A stretch of 32,000 nucleotides of DNA from Candidatus Saccharimonadota bacterium (GCA_963718585.1 OY970357.1:210001-242000), one strand, 5' to 3'; counted from the first letter of the stretch, positions 21,976 through 31,209 are shown. Notes: generated by a model from the sequence alone, not told the origin. Translations and numbers: made by a program.

Positions 21976-23185
21976 CCCAGGCGGTAAAATCATCGCCCTT
22001 GGCCTCGAAATTCTTCCAGAGCGAATAGCTGGGAGATGCGGTCGAGAGAAGACAGGCCTTCCCCGGGTCTGTTCTTTCAAACGCAAAGCGGACAGCTTCT
22101 TCCATGGATGAGGTCTTCAGGATGTTCAGGTCCGTGCACCCGGCGACGTCGAGCGCAGAGGCGATCCGCTCACCGCTCGGGGGGAAGAGAACAATATTTG
22201 TGATCTTTGCCTGCTTCACGGCTTGTGCGAGGAGCGAAAAATCGACACCGCGATCTTCGCCGCCGAGGAAGATCGTCCCTACGTTCCCGACGGTCTCGAT
22301 GGCGAACGCCGTGGATTCGGGCGCGGTCGAGATCGCATCATCCACGAAGCGGATACCGTGAAAGGTCCCGATGTCCGTGAGGCGATGGGGGAGCGGTTCA
22401 AAGTCTCTCACCGCTGCGGCCGCCGTGTCCGCGTCTACGCCAAGGGTCTGAACGACTGTATACGCCGCGCGGATGTTCAGGAGATTGTGCACGCCTTTGA
22501 GCTTGGCGTCTGCAGCGCTGAACGGAAGGTCGGAGACGAACGGAATGGTCTTCGAAGGACAAGATCCGGCCAGCGCCGCGATGCGCGCGTCATTCGGATT
22601 GTAGATGAAGAGATCGTCCGGCTTCGCGAACTGAATGATGTTCGCCTTGGCCGCGAAGTACGCGTCAAGGTCTCCGTGATAGGTCAGGTGTTCGGGGAAG
22701 AAGGTCGTGAACACCGCGATATGCGGACTGTACTCGATGTCTTCCAATTGATAACTCGAAAGTTCAAACACGAAGATCTCGTCCGGGGTCGGTGGGTCGA
22801 GGAAGCTATCGAGCGCGGCGTGACCGATGTTGCCGACGAGCCGCACCTTCTTCCCGGCGCGCGTGAGCATGGCGGCGATGAGCGCGGCGGTCGTGCTTTT
22901 GCCCTTGGACCCGGTCACACCGATGACGGGATCGGTCACGGTCTCAAAAAAGAGATTCGTGCCGGTCGTACAGGGTTTGGTCACAAGACGCCGCGGAATG
23001 CCGGGAGACCGGATGACCACGTCGGCATTTTCCTGTTTCGTGAGGTAATCCGGACCGTCTTTTTGGTCCGCGATCATGATCTGCGGATCCTTCAGCCGCG
23101 CACGCAAAAAGCGCTCGGTTGCGCGCCCTTCCATGCCATACCCGAGCAAGAGGATCCGTTTTCCTTCAAGGTCAGCGAGCTTCAT
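21938..23185 (-). CDS. murD: UDP-N-acetylmuramoyl-L-alanine--glutamate ligase (MurD-type Mur ligase)
   Basis: Start set at ATG 23185 (MKLADLEGKRILLLGYGMEGRA). P-loop GVTGSKGKSTT, and Mur ligase middle and C-terminal domains (HRLT...FVDDAISTAPEST). It overlaps the upstream gene's stop by 14 nt and the convergent mutase gene by 38 nt. Confidence 0.85.
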   Translation of the reverse strand: MKLADLEGKRILLLGYGMEGRATERFLRARLKDPQIMIADQKDGPDYLTKQENADVVIRSPGIPRRLVTKPCTTGTNLFFETVTDPVIGVTGSKGKSTTAALIAAMLTRAGKKVRLVGNIGHAALDSFLDPPTPDEIFVFELSSYQLEDIEYSPHIAVFTTFFPEHLTYHGDLDAYFAAKANIIQFAKPDDLFIYNPNDARIAALAGSCPSKTIPFVSDLPFSAADAKLKGVHNLLNIRAAYTVVQTLGVDADTAAAAVRDFEPLPHRLTDIGTFHGIRFVDDAISTAPESTAFAIETVGNVGTIFLGGEDRGVDFSLLAQAVKQAKITNIVLFPPSGERIASALDVAGCTDLNILKTSSMEEAVRFAFERTDPGKACLLSTASPSYSLWKNFEAKGDDFTAWVTQLGGSSPPTR

Positions 23186-24596
23186 AGAGTGGACGGAAGG
23201 GTTCAGGGAGAAGAGAAGTATCACCAAGCCGGAATGCTTCGGTGTCGAGGGCGTTCAACGCATTCTCATCCGGACGGGCTTCGTCGAGATACATCCGCAT
23301 GGACGCATCTTCCTCATAGGCGCCGTTGGCATGCGCACGTTCGAATGCGACGATCGTTTCTTCCGGTGCGCCGACGCATTCGAAGGGTTTGAAGTCTTTG
23401 ATGCCGAGGAGTTCGCGATACAACGGAAGGAGATCCGGATCCGCGAAGAGATCCTTGCCGAAGATGTCGACGACGGTCGCTTTCGGAAGGAAGGCGGCGA
23501 GCCCGGCGAATACGAATGCGCACTTGGGACAGGATCCGCACCAATACGCATGACCCTCACGTTGCGGAAGCGGTTTTTCGATCGCAAAGTTCCGGTTGCA
23601 GCTGGAGAACGCGTGGAAGTATGCAGGATGTTCTGCAAACCGACGCAGGACCTCCAGTTCGCTCATCGGGCGCAGGAGGGAGAAGGGGACGACATCCGGG
23701 GTGATGAATGTCCGCACGTGATCCTGGATCATCTTTTCTGCTTCCTCGGACTTGCTCCATTGATGGTTGATCTGTGCACCGAGATATTCGACGTTTCCGA
23801 CGTTCGCGCTTCGTTCATTCGCGAGCACGACATATTTGGACCGCGTCAGGATCGCGACGAGCGTCGCGGTCAGGGTATAGAGGAGGGTGATCGGGACGTG
23901 CCCATTCAAGACTTCGCCGGCTTTGGACCGTCGGACCATCTCTGGATCAAGAGTCCGTGTGATCCGGCGGACAGGCCAGCCGATGATCTGCTCGACCCGC
24001 TCTTGAACATCCGATGTATTCAACGTGAACGCATCTCCATCCATTGATGAACCCTTCAAGAGTTCAATGGCCACGATCGAGTCCTTCCCGCCACCGACGT
24101 TGGCGATCACCCGATCCGTGGTCGGGACCGTGCCCGGCGTCGGAGCAGGGGCTTCTGGATCCGTCGAAAGATCGACGAGACCCCGGAAATCGATCTGGTT
24201 CTGATAAAAGAATTCCCCCAGACCTTTGGTGTAGATGTCGTTCCAGAACGCGGCTTCATCGGCGGTCATTCCGTCTGCGATGATGGAGGGTGCACAGTGC
24301 ATCTTCCAATAGCTCATGCCGGCCGCAATATGGATCGCGCGTAAGCATGCGTCGCCCGCCGGACCTGCATCGGGCAGCGCCGTACGGAGTCCGTCATCCA
24401 AGGTCATCCGTTCTGTGAATGTTTCGGAAGCTCCGTCTTCGAATTCGACCATATACACGAACGACACCGTGCCGGTCGCCTGGTCCATGGATCGTTCGCC
24501 GACGCGAAATCGGGTCGCTTTCATCAGCCGCATCGTAGAGGAGAACGGCGGCCGTGGCAACCGTGATGGATTGACGGAGCGGGCGATTTCTGCCAT
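23172..24596 (-). CDS. PP-loop (N-type ATP pyrophosphatase-like) domain protein, translationally coupled to murD; candidate MurL-like enzyme (hypothesis)
   Basis: ORF 23172-24605 (TTG start); ATG 24596 is taken as the start but is uncertain. PP-loop-like NVGGGKDS. C-terminal WCGSCPKCAFVF Cys cluster. Its stop lies inside the murD 5' end. Confidence 0.7.
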   Translation of the reverse strand: MAEIARSVNPSRLPRPPFSSTMRLMKATRFRVGERSMDQATGTVSFVYMVEFEDGASETFTERMTLDDGLRTALPDAGPAGDACLRAIHIAAGMSYWKMHCAPSIIADGMTADEAAFWNDIYTKGLGEFFYQNQIDFRGLVDLSTDPEAPAPTPGTVPTTDRVIANVGGGKDSIVAIELLKGSSMDGDAFTLNTSDVQERVEQIIGWPVRRITRTLDPEMVRRSKAGEVLNGHVPITLLYTLTATLVAILTRSKYVVLANERSANVGNVEYLGAQINHQWSKSEEAEKMIQDHVRTFITPDVVPFSLLRPMSELEVLRRFAEHPAYFHAFSSCNRNFAIEKPLPQREGHAYWCGSCPKCAFVFAGLAAFLPKATVVDIFGKDLFADPDLLPLYRELLGIKDFKPFECVGAPEETIVAFERAHANGAYEEDASMRMYLDEARPDENALNALDTEAFRLGDTSLLPEPFRPLYEAR

Positions 24597-24630
24597 GTTG
24601 GACAAGGTCCTTTTCGCAAAGGAGGTGGAT

Positions 24631-25005
24631 ATGAAAGGGCATTGGCGTTTCCGCGCACCGTCGGCTGTCCGCGCCGCGTTGCGTGCCCATTCCCAGCAGG
24701 AAGGTCATGACCTGCCCGGTCTGTACATCTGTTTCTGGGATGCGTTGCCATCGGCGGACCGATACGTGGTCGCCTATCGAAAGATCGAGAAGAAACGACC
24801 CATCTCGGCGACGGCGGTCGTCAAGATCATGGACTTCAAGCGCTCGTCCTTCGAAACGGTCCTCGTCCGGACCTACCCGGCCCGTGCCGGAAAACATTTT
24901 GAATGGCGGGAGTACATCGAGGACCGTCGGGACGAGATCGCACTGTCCCTCGGGTTCATCGCCGAACGCGCACGACGCGACTCCGAAACTCCGGCCCCCG
25001 CATGA
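24631..25005 (+). CDS. Hypothetical protein (124 aa)
   Basis: ATG 24631 is preceded by a strong SD AAGGAGGTG (24619-24627). The gene ends inside a strong terminator. The longer ORF from 24316 is antisense to the PP-loop gene and is rejected. Confidence 0.6.
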   Translation: MKGHWRFRAPSAVRAALRAHSQQEGHDLPGLYICFWDALPSADRYVVAYRKIEKKRPISATAVVKIMDFKRSSFETVLVRTYPARAGKHFEWREYIEDRRDEIALSLGFIAERARRDSETPAPA

Positions 25006-25022
25006 CGGGGGCTTTTCTTTTT
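24994..25022 (+). terminator. Rho-independent terminator
   Basis: gcccccg (24994-25000) pairs with cgggggc (25006-25012), loop catga, followed by ttttcttttt. Confidence 0.8.
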
Positions 25023-25061
25023 CGCTTGTTGCCGTGCGGGGAATCAGATAGCCTATGTGCC

Positions 25062-26216
25062 ATGACCATCCTCTTGTTCCTCCTCGTCCTTTCGGTCCTC
25101 GTCTTGATCCACGAGCTCGGCCATTACCTCGCGGCACGCGCGTTCGGCGTCAAAGCCGAGGAATTCGGTTTCGGATTCCCGCCGCGCGCGATCGGGTGGG
25201 TGCGCGAACGCGGGAAGTGGAAACGCGTTTCGACGAGCGATCGGAAAAGCTACACCCACACGATCTGGTCCCTCAATTGGCTGCCATTCGGCGGCTTTGT
25301 GCGTTTGAAAGGTGAACAGCCGGACGGGCTCGAGGATGCGGATGCGATCCATGCCAAACCCGTGTGGCAGCGTGCGATCATCATCGTCGCGGGCGTCCTG
25401 ATGAATTGGGCGCTTGCGATCGTGCTTTTCACCATCATCTTCTCATCCGGGACCACGGCGATCCTCGAGGATCTGCCGCAGGGCGCACACGTATCGGATC
25501 AGCACATCCTCGTGACCCAGGTGTTGGACCATTCACCCGCGGCTCAGGCCGGCATCATGTCAGGTGATGTGATCACGCGCCTCGACGGTTCGGCGATCGC
25601 AGACGCGTCGTCGGCACGCGCCGGTATCCAGGCGCACGGGGAGACGCCGGTCACGCTTCTGGTCCGGCATGATGGGACGGAAACGCAGATGACCGTAACG
25701 CCGACGTTCATTCAGGAGATCGGCCGACCGGCGGTCGGCGTCGGGCTCGCGGATGCCGGGACCGTCTCCTTCCCGCTCACCGAAGCATTCGTTCAGGCCG
25801 TGCGCGTGACCGCATCGCTGACGGTCTCGATCGTGTATGCGCTGGGCGATATCGTGCGGCAACTCGCGACCGCGCATCAAGTCCCGCAGGACGTGTCCGG
25901 TCCGGTGGGGATCGCGGTCATGACCGGTCAGGTCGCGCGCGAGGGTTGGGCCGCCTTGCTCTCATTCGCGGCCATGCTCTCCGTGAATCTCGCGGTCATC
26001 AACTTCCTTCCCATTCCGGCGCTCGACGGCGGTCGCATCCTCTTTTTGATCATCGAAAAGATCCGCCGCCGTCCGGTGAGCCGTACGTTGGAGATCGGGA
26101 TCCACAATATCGCCTTCCTCCTCCTCATCATCCTGATCCTGCTCGTCACCGCACACGATCTGTCGCGCTACAGCGATGCGATCGTTGGCGGGATCAGAGG
26201 GGTGACCGGCCTCTAG
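25062..26216 (+). CDS. rseP: RIP metalloprotease RseP (site-2 protease, peptidase M50) with a PDZ domain
   Basis: Start at ATG 25062 (MTILLFLLVLSVLVLIHELGHYL). HELGH motif, PDZ-like VLDHSPAAQAGIMSGDVITRLDG and C-terminal LPIPALDGG motif. The promoter-like TTGTTG, 17-nt spacer, TAGCCT ends 7 nt before the ATG. Confidence 0.9.
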   Translation: MTILLFLLVLSVLVLIHELGHYLAARAFGVKAEEFGFGFPPRAIGWVRERGKWKRVSTSDRKSYTHTIWSLNWLPFGGFVRLKGEQPDGLEDADAIHAKPVWQRAIIIVAGVLMNWALAIVLFTIIFSSGTTAILEDLPQGAHVSDQHILVTQVLDHSPAAQAGIMSGDVITRLDGSAIADASSARAGIQAHGETPVTLLVRHDGTETQMTVTPTFIQEIGRPAVGVGLADAGTVSFPLTEAFVQAVRVTASLTVSIVYALGDIVRQLATAHQVPQDVSGPVGIAVMTGQVAREGWAALLSFAAMLSVNLAVINFLPIPALDGGRILFLIIEKIRRRPVSRTLEIGIHNIAFLLLIILILLVTAHDLSRYSDAIVGGIRGVTGL

Positions 26217-27067
26217 CCGACGATCGTGACGTTTTCACCTCGCTCGTAGCGTGCGCGTTCGTCCGGCCGAGCGTATTCCCACGCCTTTTCGTCTTTCATG
26301 AGATCTTGCAGTTTGCCGATCCGTCCTTGGGCCGTGTCGATGATATATGGCACGCCTTTGGACGTCGTATACCGCACCCAGGCATGTGCCTTCGACGAGT
26401 TCGCGTTCTTCATGGCCATCGCATTCCGTTCGACGGAGATCTGCCCATTCAGCTTGAGATGCGGGTCGGTCTCTTCCGAAAGTTTTTCCAAAAGATAGGC
26501 GGCGAGGAGTGCTTGATGTCGGCAGACGCCGGCGTGACTCTTCGCAAAGACCGCGAGATGGATCTTCGTGTCCGGGGCGCCCTTTGAAAGCCGCGCGACC
26601 AGTTCATCAACCCTTTTTTTGTCATAGGGCATCTCGGAGCGGACCGTGTCGAAAACGAGGTGGAGTGCATGTGTTTTCGGAGACCGTTGTGATGCCTCGC
26701 TCGCCTGTTTGAGACGGGGGAGGAGGCCTTCATCATAGACCTCGCGTAAAAAGACATCCCCGGAATTGTCTGAACGCCGATCATCCACGACGACCGCTTC
26801 GCGCGCACCGCCGCCGAGATAGACGCCGCCGATGATGCGCGGCATGTGGCTCCCAATGATGGGACGCCCGCTGAACCGACCGTACGGCGCTTCGGAGCGA
26901 CGCGAAGGCGGCGTGCGTTCGTCCGGTGGTTCATATGACGGGTTCGCGCGCATGCGCTGACTCGCCTCAACGGTTCGTTGCCAATGAGCTCCATCGCCGA
27001 CGGGCGTTTCCACGCGGCGTCGAGGCGGCGTCTGCGGGGCGAAAGGGATCGGGTATTCTCGTGCCAT
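26213..27067 (-). CDS. Transglutaminase-like / EDR1-type papain-fold (Cys-His-Asp) domain protein with a disordered Pro/Arg-rich N-terminus
   Basis: Only the C-terminal 284 codons of ORF 26213-27718 are kept. Motifs HAGVCRHQALLAAYLLEKL, AHAWVRY and YIIDTAQG sit in Cys...His...Asp order. Minus-strand promoter: TTGCCC (27102-27097), 17-nt spacer, TATCCT (27079-27074), then 6 nt to ATG 27067. Confidence 0.55.
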   Translation of the reverse strand: MAREYPIPFAPQTPPRRRVETPVGDGAHWQRTVEASQRMRANPSYEPPDERTPPSRRSEAPYGRFSGRPIIGSHMPRIIGGVYLGGGAREAVVVDDRRSDNSGDVFLREVYDEGLLPRLKQASEASQRSPKTHALHLVFDTVRSEMPYDKKRVDELVARLSKGAPDTKIHLAVFAKSHAGVCRHQALLAAYLLEKLSEETDPHLKLNGQISVERNAMAMKNANSSKAHAWVRYTTSKGVPYIIDTAQGRIGKLQDLMKDEKAWEYARPDERARYERGENVTIVG

Positions 27068-27122
27068 GCGTACAGGATAAGCTCTGTCCATCTTTCGGGC
27101 AATCTGGTACATTCCGACGCAT
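27068..27122. promoter_or_regulatory. Overlapping divergent promoters for pheS and the transglutaminase-like gene
   Basis: Plus strand: TGTCCA (27085-27090), 17-nt spacer, TACATT (27108-27113), then 9 nt to the pheS ATG at 27123. The minus-strand promoter is described under the previous feature. Confidence 0.4.
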
Positions 27123-28181
27123 ATGGAAGATGCATTGCAGGCGTTGAAACTCGCGGTCACATCCGCGCTCGCAAAGGTCGCGGATGAGCAGGCGGTGACG
27201 GATCTGGAGATCAAATATCTCGGACGGAAAGGAGAACTCACATCCATCTTGAAAGGGTTGTCGAGCGTTCCGGCGGAAGACCGTCCCCTCATCGGGTCAT
27301 TGGCCAATGAGATCAAGGGAGAGATCGAACACGCGATCGACATGAAGCGACGCGAACTCGAAGGAGCAAAGCTCGCGAACCTCGCGGAAACGGAGCGCGT
27401 CGACGTGACCGAGCCGGGGACGCGTCCGCCCGAAGGGCATCTGCACGTGACAACGCAGGCGATCGACGAGATGACGTCCATCTTCGAGAAGATCGGATTC
27501 ACGCGCACGCGGTATCCGGAAGTGGATTGGGACTGGTATGCCTTCGAAGCATTGAACATGCCCAAGGACCATCCGGCGCGTGATGAATGGGAGACGTTCT
27601 TCATGGATGCGCCGGAATCCAAAAAGGGGAAGATGGTCCTTACCCCGCATACCTCGAACGGGCAGATCCACGAGCTGGAAAAGGGGAACCTGCCGATCCG
27701 GATGATCAACATCGCCAAGTGCTATCGCCGTCAGATCGATGCGACGCATCTCCCGATGTTCCACCAGATCGAAGGGTTGTATGTGGACCGCGACGTCTCG
27801 ATCACGCATTTGCGTGGCGTCCTCGACTATTTCGCGAAGGAATTTTTCGGACCTGACCGCGTGACGCGCCTCCGTCCGTTCCATTTCCGCTTTACCGAGC
27901 CGTCTTTCGAGATCGACGTGTCCTGCGGCGTGTGCGGCGGTACGGGTGTGAATGCGGAGCGGCAAAAGTGTCGCGTGTGCAAGCGTGGATGGGTGGAGAT
28001 CGGCGGCGCCGGCATGGTGCATCCGAATGTGCTCAAGGCGTGCAAGGTGGATCCGAAGAAGTGGTCTGGCTTCGCCTTCGGCTGGGGCGTCGAGCGGACA
28101 TCCATGATGAAGTCCGGCCTCCAACTCGACGACATCCGCACGCTCTACAAGGACGACCTGCGGTTCTTGGAACAGTTCTAG
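27123..28181 (+). CDS. pheS: Phenylalanine--tRNA ligase alpha subunit
   Basis: 352 aa. N-terminal coiled coil and class II core motifs (HPARDEWETFF, FRFTEPSFEIDV, GAGMVHPNVL). Zinc-ribbon-like CGVCGG...CRVCK insertion. Confidence 0.95.
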   Translation: MEDALQALKLAVTSALAKVADEQAVTDLEIKYLGRKGELTSILKGLSSVPAEDRPLIGSLANEIKGEIEHAIDMKRRELEGAKLANLAETERVDVTEPGTRPPEGHLHVTTQAIDEMTSIFEKIGFTRTRYPEVDWDWYAFEALNMPKDHPARDEWETFFMDAPESKKGKMVLTPHTSNGQIHELEKGNLPIRMINIAKCYRRQIDATHLPMFHQIEGLYVDRDVSITHLRGVLDYFAKEFFGPDRVTRLRPFHFRFTEPSFEIDVSCGVCGGTGVNAERQKCRVCKRGWVEIGGAGMVHPNVLKACKVDPKKWSGFAFGWGVERTSMMKSGLQLDDIRTLYKDDLRFLEQF

Positions 28182-28183
28182 CT

Positions 28184-28759
28184 ATGGTCATGGAGAACCC
28201 GTTTACGGGTTCCGTTTCGGAACAGCGCGAACGACCGAAGGCGTTGTATCACGCGTCGCCGGTCGCGGACCTTGAGCAGATCGAACCGCGGAACAAGACC
28301 ATCCGCGATCCGGCTGAAGGGTCGGCGATCTTCGCGACGCCGGACCGCGCGCTCGCGACCGTCTTCCTCGCTTCGAGTACCGATCGTTGGTCTTCGAGCG
28401 GGAAGATCAATGACATCCCGTATTTCCTTGTCGCGCAGGACCGCAACGCCTTCATGCATGCTGACAAGGGCGGGACGATCTACGAACTTCCGGCCGATGC
28501 ATTTTCCTGCGATCCAGAAAAAGGATTGGGGAAGGATGAGTGGGTATGCGATCGCACGGTCCGTCCGAAGACGAAAGAGGTCTATCCTTCCGCGCTCGAT
28601 GCGATGATCGAGAACGGGGTGCAGGTCTATTTTGTTGATGAAGCGACACTGAAGCGGTTTCAGTCCGGCGAATATGAGAAGGCGCTGATAGGTATCGCGT
28701 CCGAGAACCAGCGCCGCGGCATCAACGTCCGGTCGTTCGAGGAGAACGGTAAGGCCTGA
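28184..28759 (+). CDS. Hypothetical protein (191 aa) inserted between pheS and pheT
   Basis: The ATG is 2 nt after the pheS stop. Balanced composition, unlike the Arg-rich antisense ORF 28178-28762. Motifs LYHASP, GSAIFATPDRA and GTIYELP. No confident family. Confidence 0.6.
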   Translation: MVMENPFTGSVSEQRERPKALYHASPVADLEQIEPRNKTIRDPAEGSAIFATPDRALATVFLASSTDRWSSSGKINDIPYFLVAQDRNAFMHADKGGTIYELPADAFSCDPEKGLGKDEWVCDRTVRPKTKEVYPSALDAMIENGVQVYFVDEATLKRFQSGEYEKALIGIASENQRRGINVRSFEENGKA

Positions 28760-28794
28760 CAACTCCGCGCTGATTCTGTACGCTTGGACCTGAT

Positions 28795-31209
28795 ATGAAC
28801 ACCCTCGTTTCCTACGATTGGCTCAAAGAATACGTCGACCTGAAAGGCGTGACGCCCGAGGCGTTCGCGTCGCGCGTCTCGCTCTCCGGTCCGGGCGTGG
28901 AAAAGATCCTTCCGGCGGCCGAAGGCCTCGATAAGATCGTGGTCGGACACGTTCTCGAAGTGAAGGCGCATCCGAACGCAGATAAGCTCCGACTCGCGAC
29001 CGTGGACATCGGATCCAAAAAGGTCTCGATCGTTTGTGGCGGGTCGAATCTCAAGGATGGACAATGGGTCGTGGTCGCGCTCGTCGGTGCGCATGTGAAG
29101 TGGCATGGCGAAGGTGATCCGATCGCGCTCGAACCGGCAGAGATCCGCGGCGTGAAGTCCGAGGGCATGATCTGCGCGGCGAACGAGGTCGGACTGGAAT
29201 CGGCGTTCGCGCACGGCGAACGCGAGATCCTCGATCTCGGCAATGAGATCCCGGACATGAAGCTCAAGGCGGGTACACCGCTTGCGGATGCGCTGGGATT
29301 CTCCGACGACGTGATCATGGACATCGAGGTCACGTCCAACCGCGTGGACGCCATGGGCATGGTCGGGATGGCGCGCGAAGCGTCCGCGATCTTGGACAAG
29401 AAGTTCCTTTGGGAAGAGATCAAGCTGCCGAAAGGCACGGGCGTGAACAAAAAGGATGCGCCAAGCGTGAAGATCTCCGCGAAAAAGCAGTGCCCGCGGT
29501 ACATGGCCGTCCGGATCGAAGGCGTACAGGTCGGTCCGTCGCCGTGGTGGCTCAAACGCCGGCTCCTTTCCGCCGGACTCCGTCCCATCAACAACATCGT
29601 GGATATCTCGAACTTCGTCTTGCTCGAACTCGCACAGCCGATCCACATGTTCGACGCCGCGACGCTCGACGGCGGGATCGATGTGCGGCTCGCGCGGATG
29701 GGAGAGACGATCCAGGCGCTCGATGAACGGGAATACAAATTGGATGATTCGATCCTCGTGATCGCGGATGCGAAAAAGCCCATCGCCATAGCCGGCGTCA
29801 TGGGTGGGGAACAGACCGGCGTGACGGATGAGACCGCGGACATCGTGATCGAGGTCGCGAATTTCGACCCGGTCACCATTCGTCGCGGCGCGCGCAAAAT
29901 GAACATTCAGACCGATGCGCATCAGCGGTATGAAAAAGGGCTTTCCACGGCCGCATTGCCGGGTGCCATGGCACGCGCGATCGAGATGGTGTTGGAGATC
30001 GCGGGAGGGAAGGTCGCCGGGTCCATCGCTGACGTCGGTGCAACCGCCTACAAGCCATTGAAATTTTCCACGACCGCGGATGAGGTGAATGCGCTCATCG
30101 GCGTGCCGCGTCCGCAAAAAGAAATGGTGGACGTCCTGCGCCGTCTCGGATTTCACGTCGCGACGGCAGGAAAGACCATCACTGCGACCGTGCCGTGGTG
30201 GCGCGATCATGACATCGAGGATGGTCGTGACCTGGTCGAAGAGATCGCGCGCGTCGACGGATACGCGAACATCCCGGCGGTCGTGCCGGTCGGTCTCGCC
30301 ACGCGGTCCATGGATCCGGAGCTTGTCTGGGAACGGCACGTGCGTGCAGCCGCCAAAGGCGCAGGTATGACCGAGACGTACACGTATTCCTTCGTGTCCG
30401 TGGATCTGCTCGGCAAAGCGGAATACGACGCAAAACCATTGCTCCACGTGCAGAATCCGCTGTCCGCAGAGTTCGCGGTCATGCGCACGACGCTCCTCCC
30501 TTCGCTCCTGCAGGTCGCTACCGAAAATCGGGAGCGTGCGGAGGTTCAGCGTCTCTTTGAGATCGCGAAGGTGTACTACCCGAAGGGAGAGGGGTGGAAG
30601 GAGCTACCCGAAGAACAGCTCGAACTCGGCGCACTGTTCTTTGGCGTCGAGGAACCGTGGCGTCAGGCCAAGGGATTTGTCGAGCACGTGCTCCACGCCA
30701 TGGGCATGGATGAGATCTCATGGAAACGACTGGACAACGATTCGTTCTGGCATCCCGGACGCACGGTGCAGGCGTTCTATAAAGGTGACCTCGCGGCCAC
30801 GGTCGGCGAGGTCTCGCCGAAGATCGCGGCGAATTTCAAACTGGACGGCCCAGTCGGACTCGTGGACATGCCGCTCGGTATGCTCGTCCGACACGCGACG
30901 ACCGCGCACACCTACGTCCCGGTGTCCGTGTTCCCGGAGGCGAAGCGCGATCTCGCGGTCGTGGTGGACCACCGCGTGGAATACGACGATATCGCGCGCG
31001 AGATCCAGCGGACCAGTGCGCTTATCACGGATGTCACCTGGTTCGACACCTATCAGGGCAAGAATCTGCCGGACGGCAAGAAGTCCGTGGCCATGCATCT
31101 CACCATGAGCGCACCGGATCGCACGCTTGAGAGCGGGGACGTGGACGGGTTGCTCGAGCAGGCGATCCTCGGATTGAAAGAGAAGTTCAAAGCCACGCTC
31201 CGCGCGTAG
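28795..31209 (+). CDS. pheT: Phenylalanine--tRNA ligase beta subunit
   Basis: 804 aa. N-terminal tRNA-binding OB domain (VVGHVLEVKAHPNADKLRLATVDIG), then B3/4, B5 and the C-terminal FDX-ACB region in the canonical order. Confidence 0.95.
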   Translation: MNTLVSYDWLKEYVDLKGVTPEAFASRVSLSGPGVEKILPAAEGLDKIVVGHVLEVKAHPNADKLRLATVDIGSKKVSIVCGGSNLKDGQWVVVALVGAHVKWHGEGDPIALEPAEIRGVKSEGMICAANEVGLESAFAHGEREILDLGNEIPDMKLKAGTPLADALGFSDDVIMDIEVTSNRVDAMGMVGMAREASAILDKKFLWEEIKLPKGTGVNKKDAPSVKISAKKQCPRYMAVRIEGVQVGPSPWWLKRRLLSAGLRPINNIVDISNFVLLELAQPIHMFDAATLDGGIDVRLARMGETIQALDEREYKLDDSILVIADAKKPIAIAGVMGGEQTGVTDETADIVIEVANFDPVTIRRGARKMNIQTDAHQRYEKGLSTAALPGAMARAIEMVLEIAGGKVAGSIADVGATAYKPLKFSTTADEVNALIGVPRPQKEMVDVLRRLGFHVATAGKTITATVPWWRDHDIEDGRDLVEEIARVDGYANIPAVVPVGLATRSMDPELVWERHVRAAAKGAGMTETYTYSFVSVDLLGKAEYDAKPLLHVQNPLSAEFAVMRTTLLPSLLQVATENRERAEVQRLFEIAKVYYPKGEGWKELPEEQLELGALFFGVEEPWRQAKGFVEHVLHAMGMDEISWKRLDNDSFWHPGRTVQAFYKGDLAATVGEVSPKIAANFKLDGPVGLVDMPLGMLVRHATTAHTYVPVSVFPEAKRDLAVVVDHRVEYDDIAREIQRTSALITDVTWFDTYQGKNLPDGKKSVAMHLTMSAPDRTLESGDVDGLLEQAILGLKEKFKATLRA

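Noticed and set aside
22223-24047. ORFs of 389 aa and 323 aa on the plus strand
   Set aside because: They are antisense to murD and the PP-loop gene. Their sequences are Arg/Gly-rich and low in information, with no SD or promoter.
24316-24630. Upstream 105 codons of ORF 24316-25005
   Set aside because: They are antisense to the PP-loop gene. The strong SD sits in front of ATG 24631, so only the 124-aa version is kept.
27068-27718. N-terminal 217 codons of ORF 26213-27718
   Set aside because: They overlap pheS on the opposite strand and read as Ser/Arg/Cys-rich junk. A promoter with ATG 27067 gives a sensible shorter protein.
28660-30447. 595-aa ORF on the minus strand
   Set aside because: It is fully antisense to pheT, which has unmistakable motifs. 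Its product is Arg/His/Asp/Gly-rich junk, typical of off-frame translation in GC-rich DNA. The same applies to 28812-29906.
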